Positions 31,400 to 35,521 of a stretch of DNA of 35,521 nt are shown here, piece after piece; within the stretch, counting starts at the first letter, position 1, and every line of letters starts with the position of its first letter. Position numbers and translations under genes: made by a program. The notes under the pieces were generated by a model. That model saw only the letters and a list, made by a program, of their open reading frames with translations. It ran no database searches and had not been told where the DNA came from. The DNA is from Chloroflexota bacterium (GTDB taxonomy: Bacteria > Chloroflexota > Limnocylindria > Limnocylindrales > CSP1-4): contig VGPE01000002.1 in NCBI GenBank assembly GCA_016875645.1, forward strand, positions 1 through 35,521, given 5' to 3'.

Positions 31400-33982
31400 C
31401 TAGACCGGTTCCTTCGCGAGGTGCCGCTGCATCGCGGTCTTGCGCGAGAGGTTGATCCGGCCCTGGCGATCGATCTCGGTGACGACCACCATCACCTCGT
31501 CGCCCACGGACACCACGTCCTCGACCGTCGGCACGTGATAGTCAGCCAGCTCGCCGATGCGGACCAGGCCTTCCTTGCCGGGCAGGATCTCCACGAACGC
31601 GCCGAACGTCATGATCCGGGTGACCTTGCCGAGGTACAGCGAGCCCACCTCGACGTCGCGGGTCAGGCTTTCGATCCAGTTGATGGCCTTGCGCGAGTTC
31701 TCGCCCGAGATCGCGGCGATTTCGACGGTGCCGTCGTCCTCGACGTTGATCTCGGTGCCGGTCTCTTCCTGGATCTTGCGGATCATGGAGCCGCCCTTGC
31801 CGATGATCTCGCGGATCTTTTCGGGGTTGATCTTGATGGTGATGATCCGCGGCGCGAACTCGCTCATCGTGTCGCGCGTCTGGGGCATGACCTCAAGCAT
31901 CTTGTCGAGGATGGCCATGCGGGCGGCATGCGCTTTGCGCAGACCTTCGCGGATGATCGCTTCGTTGATGCCCTGGATCTTGATGTCCATCTGCAGCGCG
32001 GTGATGCCGTCGCGGGTGCCGGTCACCTTGAAGTCCATGTCACCGAAGGCATCCTCCTTGCCGAGGATGTCGGTGAGGACCGCGAAACGGCCATCCGGCT
32101 CCGACATGAGACCCATCGCGGCGCCCGCGACCGGAGCCTTGATCGGAACGCCGGCGTCCATCAGGGCGAGCGTGGAGCCGCAGGTCGATGCCATCGAGGT
32201 GGAGCCGTTGGACGTCACGCACTCGGACACGAGGCGGATGACGTAGGGGAACTCCTCGGCCGACGGCAGGACCGGCAGCAGTGCCCGCTCGGCCAGGTTG
32301 CCGTGTCCGATCTCGCGCCGGCCGGGGCCGCGCATCGGCTTGTTCTCGCCGGTGCTGTAGGGCGGCATGTTGTAGTGGTGGAGGTAGCGCTTCTCCGTCT
32401 CGGGGCCGATCGTGTCGATCCGCTGCACGTCCGACGACGGACCGAGGGTCGCCACGGTGAGCGCCTGGGTCTGGCCGCGCGTGAACAGGCCCGAGCCATG
32501 AGTGCGCGGCAGGACGCCGACCTCGACCGCGATCGGCCGGATCTCGTCCACGCCGCGGCCGTCCATCCGGACGCCCTCGGTGAGGGTCAGCTCGCGGGCG
32601 ACCTTCTTGTGGAGCAGACCGAAGAGGCCCTTGCCCACGCGCGCCTGGCGGCGCGCCGCCTCCAACAGCGCCTTCGGGTCGGCGCCCGACTCGCGGTTGG
32701 CTAGGATCGACCGCGCGATCCCCTCGTCGAGAGTGGCAATGCGGCCGGGGAGGTCGGCGGCGAGCCGGATCAGCACCTGGGCGGTGGTCTCCGCGTCGCC
32801 CGCGGCACGGTGGTTGCCCTCGTAGGCGATCCCGAAGAACCGGGCGACGTCGCCCAGTTTGTAGGCGTCCTGGTCGGGATGGGCCTCGCGGACGAGCGTG
32901 AGCGTGTCGAGGTACGTGCCAGGCGCGAACGTCTCGTCGCCCATCGCCTCATGGAGGAAGCCCAGGTCAAAGCCGACGTTGTGGCCGACCAGCAGGGCAT
33001 CGCCCGCGAACGCACGGAAGCGGCGGACCGCCTCGCGGGAATCGGGAGCGTCACGGACATCCTCGTCGTGGAGGCCGTGGACCTGGTTGCCGACGATCGG
33101 GCGGCCCGGGTTCACGAGCGTGGAAAAGCGCTCGACGATCTCGGTGTCGCGGACTTTGACGGCGCCGATCTCGATCAGGTCCGCCATGCGCGGATCGCGA
33201 CCGGTCGTCTCGACGTCCACGACGACGAACTCGCGCCCGCCCCGGACCGCGTCGACGAACTGGAGGACGCTGTCGGTGCCGGCATCGATGAACGGGATGA
33301 CCTTGGCCTTGCCGACCGCCCCGCGGAGCTGCTCCTGGAGGTCGATCAGTGGCTGCAGCGCACGGTGGCCGAACAGGATGCCCTCGGCCATCACGTCCTC
33401 GGGCAGGATCTTTGCCCCGGCCTCGACCATCATGATCGCGTCGCGCGTGCCGGACACGATGAGGTCGAGCTCGGATTCCTCGAGCTGGGAGGTGGTCGGG
33501 TTGACCACGAACTCGCCGTCGATGCGGCCGACGCGAACTGCGCCGATGGGGCCCTGGAACGGGATCTCGCTGATGGTCAGGGCCGCCGATGCTGCGATCG
33601 TGCCCAGGACGTCGGGGTCGTTCTCCTGGTCGGTCGAGAGCACGGTGATGACGACCTGGACGTCGTCCTTGTAGCCCTCGGGGAACAGCGGGCGGATTGG
33701 CCGGTCCGTCAGACGCGCCGCGAGGATCGCGGCTTCCGATGGGCGGGACTCGCGCTTGATGAACCCGCCGGGAATCTTGCCCGCGGCGTACATCCGCTCC
33801 TCGAAGTCCACCGTGAGCGGGAAGAAGTCCAGCCCGGGCCGGGGGTCCGAGCGGTTGGCGGTGCCGAGCACCATGGTGTCGCCGAAGCGGACAGTGACGG
33901 AGCCCCCTGCGAGACGGGCGAGCTTGCCGGTCTCGATGGTCAGGGTGCGACCGCCGAACTGCGTCTCGAATACCTGAGACAC
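31400..33982 (-). CDS. pnp: Polynucleotide phosphorylase (PNPase) carrying an inserted DEDDh (DnaQ/RNase T-like) 3'-5' exonuclease domain between the two RNase PH domains
   Basis: The order is: PH1 (FGGRTLTIETGKLA.., IPGGFIKRESRPSE); the insert (FVVVDVETTG / LVGHNVGFDLGFL / NHRAAGDAETTAQVL); PH2 (RMDGRGVDEIRPI, LPRTHGSGLFTRGQTQAL, GSTSMASTCGSTLALMDAGVP, MDFKVTGT); KH (GKGGSMIRKIQEETG); S1 (GKVTRIMTFGAFVEILPGKEGLVRIGEL). GTG 33982 is preceded by AAGGAGG (33994-34000). The longest ORF starts at GTG 34030. Confidence 0.93.
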   Translation of the reverse strand: MSQVFETQFGGRTLTIETGKLARLAGGSVTVRFGDTMVLGTANRSDPRPGLDFFPLTVDFEERMYAAGKIPGGFIKRESRPSEAAILAARLTDRPIRPLFPEGYKDDVQVVITVLSTDQENDPDVLGTIAASAALTISEIPFQGPIGAVRVGRIDGEFVVNPTTSQLEESELDLIVSGTRDAIMMVEAGAKILPEDVMAEGILFGHRALQPLIDLQEQLRGAVGKAKVIPFIDAGTDSVLQFVDAVRGGREFVVVDVETTGRDPRMADLIEIGAVKVRDTEIVERFSTLVNPGRPIVGNQVHGLHDEDVRDAPDSREAVRRFRAFAGDALLVGHNVGFDLGFLHEAMGDETFAPGTYLDTLTLVREAHPDQDAYKLGDVARFFGIAYEGNHRAAGDAETTAQVLIRLAADLPGRIATLDEGIARSILANRESGADPKALLEAARRQARVGKGLFGLLHKKVARELTLTEGVRMDGRGVDEIRPIAVEVGVLPRTHGSGLFTRGQTQALTVATLGPSSDVQRIDTIGPETEKRYLHHYNMPPYSTGENKPMRGPGRREIGHGNLAERALLPVLPSAEEFPYVIRLVSECVTSNGSTSMASTCGSTLALMDAGVPIKAPVAGAAMGLMSEPDGRFAVLTDILGKEDAFGDMDFKVTGTRDGITALQMDIKIQGINEAIIREGLRKAHAARMAILDKMLEVMPQTRDTMSEFAPRIITIKINPEKIREIIGKGGSMIRKIQEETGTEINVEDDGTVEIAAISGENSRKAINWIESLTRDVEVGSLYLGKVTRIMTFGAFVEILPGKEGLVRIGELADYHVPTVEDVVSVGDEVMVVVTEIDRQGRINLSRKTAMQRHLAKEPV

Positions 33983-34059
33983 GGGGATGGGAGCCTCCTT
34001 GCATCCGCGCAGGAGGAGGTCTCGGTGCACGTCAACCCGCCAAGGCGACGCATCGGATC

Positions 34060-34079
34060 GTCCCGTCGCGGGACGGGAC
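34060..34079 (-). promoter_or_regulatory. 8-bp GC stem-loop in the rpsO-pnp intergenic region (attenuator or processing-site candidate)
   Basis: Minus-strand RNA GTCCCGTC-ccgc-GACGGGAC, starting 13 nt after the rpsO stop and about 77 nt before the pnp start. There is no U-tract. Confidence 0.4.
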
Positions 34080-34092
34080 CGGGTGGCGATCG

Positions 34093-34362
34093 CTAGCGGC
34101 GAAGCCCCAGCCGTCCGATGACGGCGCGGTAGCGCGCGTTGTCCTTCTTGACCAGGTAGGCAAGAAGGCGTCGGCGCTGGCCCACGAGCTTGAGGAGGCC
34201 GCGGCGAGAGTGATTGTCCTGTGGGAAGCTCCGGAGGTGATCCGTGAGTCCCCTGATCCGCTCCGTCAGGAGCGCGATCTGGACCTCGGGCGAGCCGGTG
34301 TCACCAGCCGTTGTGGCGTACTCCGACACCAGCGTCTGCTTCGTTTCCCGCGCCAGCGGCAC
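34093..34362 (-). CDS. rpsO: 30S ribosomal protein S15
   Basis: [48 protein letters not shown] is the S15 signature. GTG 34362 gives the canonical 89 aa and has GGAGG 5 nt upstream. The ORF track start (GTG 34377) adds 5 aa. Confidence 0.93.
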   Translation of the reverse strand: MPLARETKQTLVSEYATTAGDTGSPEVQIALLTERIRGLTDHLRSFPQDNHSRRGLLKLVGQRRRLLAYLVKKDNARYRAVIGRLGLRR

Positions 34363-34414
34363 CCGTTCCTCCAACACGAACTACTACGTTGTCGTTCCTT
34401 CTCTTGACCGGCGC

Positions 34415-34443
34415 AGCGTAGCAGGCGGCGGCGGGACCGGCAA
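34415..34443 (-). promoter_or_regulatory. Candidate sigma-70-type promoter for rpsO-pnp (TTGCCG, 17 nt, TACGCT)
   Basis: Read on the minus strand. The -35-like TTGCCG is at 34443-34438 and the -10-like TACGCT (TAnnnT) at 34420-34415, about 53 nt upstream of the rpsO start, in a locally AT-richer stretch. This is pattern matching only. Confidence 0.25.
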
Positions 34444-34523
34444 ACGAGGGTCAGCCGCCCCGCGAGCGCACTGCAGGGGCACGCTGCCAACCGGACCCGT
34501 ATCGTCGCGACCCGCGGACCCGG

Positions 34524-35330
34524 TCAGGGGCCCGGGAAGCTCACCCGCAGACGAGGTCCGGGCACGGCAGACAGCAGCTCCAGCTGGACACGCCCGCCCG
34601 AGACCACCGCTGTCGCCGCGACCGGCGGCGCATCGCCACGGCCAGATCCCAGGGGCGGTTCGACGAGGACGTCGTACCGGCCGTCGGGAGGCAGGGCGAC
34701 CGGCAGCCGGAACGCCAGCTCGACAACGTCGCCGCCGGCGATGCCGGTTTCGGCACGCTCCCCGACCACCGCCACCGGCCGTCCCAGCAGGGCAGCGGCG
34801 CCGGCCAGGTCGCCGGCGGCGATGTCGTCGCGGATCTCCGCGCTGCGGACATGGCGTCCATCGAGGTCGAACGGCAGCACGACCACCACGTCGAAGCCCT
34901 CGGCGCGGCCCAGGGCGGCGACCGTCTCGGGCGTGCCGCCGCGCTGGTGCCCGAACGCCGCGTCGGGCGTCATTAGGAACCCGGCCAGCTCGGTTCGCTC
35001 GCTGATCATCGAAACGAACTGGTCGAACGGGGTCATGCGCAGTGCCGTGTCGAAATGCTGCACCACCGTGACGGCGACGCCCGCGTCCCCGAGGCGGACC
35101 AGGCGTTCGGCCGGATCGACCAGGACCGGCGGCGCATGCCCGTGCAGGATCTCCTCGGGATGCGCGTCGAACGTGACGACGACCGGCCGAGCGCCCATGC
35201 GGCGCGCGTGCGTTCGCAGCTGCTCCAGGAGATAGGCATGGCCACGATGCAGCCCGTCGAACACGCCGACGACGACGAACAGGCGACCCTCTGCGGGCGT
35301 CAGCGCGGCCAGGCCCGGGACGACACGCAT
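34524..35330 (-). CDS. ribF: FAD synthetase (FMN adenylyltransferase) RibF with a short, apparently degenerate riboflavin-kinase-like C-terminal domain
   Basis: MRVVPGLAALTPAEGRLFVVVGVFDGLHRGHAYLL (the GxFDGxHxGH nucleotidyltransferase motif at canonical distance from ATG 35330) and VRSAEIRDDI (SSxIR-like). The reading frame stays open upstream to the window edge (see findings). Confidence 0.8.
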   Translation of the reverse strand: MRVVPGLAALTPAEGRLFVVVGVFDGLHRGHAYLLEQLRTHARRMGARPVVVTFDAHPEEILHGHAPPVLVDPAERLVRLGDAGVAVTVVQHFDTALRMTPFDQFVSMISERTELAGFLMTPDAAFGHQRGGTPETVAALGRAEGFDVVVVLPFDLDGRHVRSAEIRDDIAAGDLAGAAALLGRPVAVVGERAETGIAGGDVVELAFRLPVALPPDGRYDVLVEPPLGSGRGDAPPVAATAVVSGGRVQLELLSAVPGPRLRVSFPGP

Positions 35331-35438
35331 CGGCGAGGTGCGGGGGCGGCGCCGCGCGGTCACCGGCGGCTCGCGGCGGACCGCTTCCTCAACGGGCGCG
35401 GCCGTCGGACGCTTTGCGGGCACTGGCGGACCGCCGGC

Positions 35439-35521
35439 GAGCACCTTCTCGGGCGCGAGGCGGCCGTCGCGGAGCCCGGCGATCGCGAGCAGTGATCCGT
35501 CGGCCCGAAGCAGCCGATAGT
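35439..35521 (-). CDS. truB: 3' end of tRNA pseudouridine(55) synthase TruB (partial, continues beyond the window)
   Basis: The minus-strand frame reads YRLLRADGSLLAIAGLRDGRLAPEKVL, which matches the usual TruB C-terminal (PUA-like) ending ..G.LLAI.....G.L.P.KV. truB upstream of ribF-rpsO-pnp is a conserved gene order. Only 27 aa are visible. Confidence 0.45.

Noticed and set aside
32747-33238. Whether the PNPase insert is an intein or a mobile-element insertion
   Set aside because: There are no intein splice-junction residues (N-terminal Cys/Ser with a C-terminal His-Asn followed by Cys/Ser/Thr), no homing-endonuclease motifs and no flanking direct or inverted repeats. The segment instead has a complete DEDDh motif set, so it is treated as a domain insertion.
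22421-34096. Other long antisense ORFs (22421..23650, 25609..27642, 27830..29719, 30438..31286, 31421..32704, 32810..34096 on the plus strand)
   Set aside because: Each lies opposite a confidently identified minus-strand gene (acyltransferase, ftsK, rnj, asd, pnp). All are Arg/Asp/Gly/His-rich with no recognisable domains, which is typical of GC-rich shadow ORFs.
1-35521. CRISPR arrays, rRNA/tRNA genes, IS elements, integrases, toxin-antitoxin or known defence-system genes
   Set aside because: No regularly spaced repeats, no RNA-gene-like conserved stretches and no transposase, integrase or defence-protein motifs were seen in any frame. The only tandem repeat (17692-17795) is in-frame coding sequence.

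Overview
Very GC-rich bacterial chromosomal segment (composition judged by eye, not computed). All calls come from reading the supplied translations and the DNA; no database search was run. I count 28 protein genes, 22 of them on the minus strand and tightly packed. I saw no rRNA, tRNA, CRISPR array, transposase or integrase. The right half (about 18.0-35.5 kb) is a housekeeping block on the minus strand: truB(3' end)-ribF-rpsO-pnp-asd-UDG-rnj-ftsK-rodZ-like, followed by an acyltransferase, cinA/pncC, a Mur ligase, an NTF2-like gene and yajQ. As far as I recall, the order ribF-rpsO-pnp ... rnj-ftsK ... cinA resembles the actinobacterial arrangement. The left half carries accessory and metabolic genes. 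These are a SpeE-like membrane fusion, a DHFR-like gene, DUF1801, rtcB, a ZIP transporter, a YbaK-like deacylase and a ~1200-aa secreted S8 protease with a beta-propeller tail. It also holds a D-aminoacylase, a 2-hydroxyacid dehydrogenase, a Cys-less MGMT/ATL-like protein, and a cluster of two paralogous enolase-superfamily dehydratases plus a TPP enzyme. The main finding is that the pnp gene (polynucleotide phosphorylase) carries an in-frame ~165-aa DnaQ/RNase T-type DEDDh 3'-5' exonuclease domain. It sits between the two RNase PH domains, and all three Exo motifs and the PNPase phosphorolytic motifs are intact. Secondary observations: the truB reading frame runs without a stop into ribF; the RibF kinase domain looks degenerate; the TPP enzyme has a tandem-repeat-encoded acidic N-terminal extension; there is an unannotated 32-codon hydrophobic ORF; and stem-loops flank pnp.
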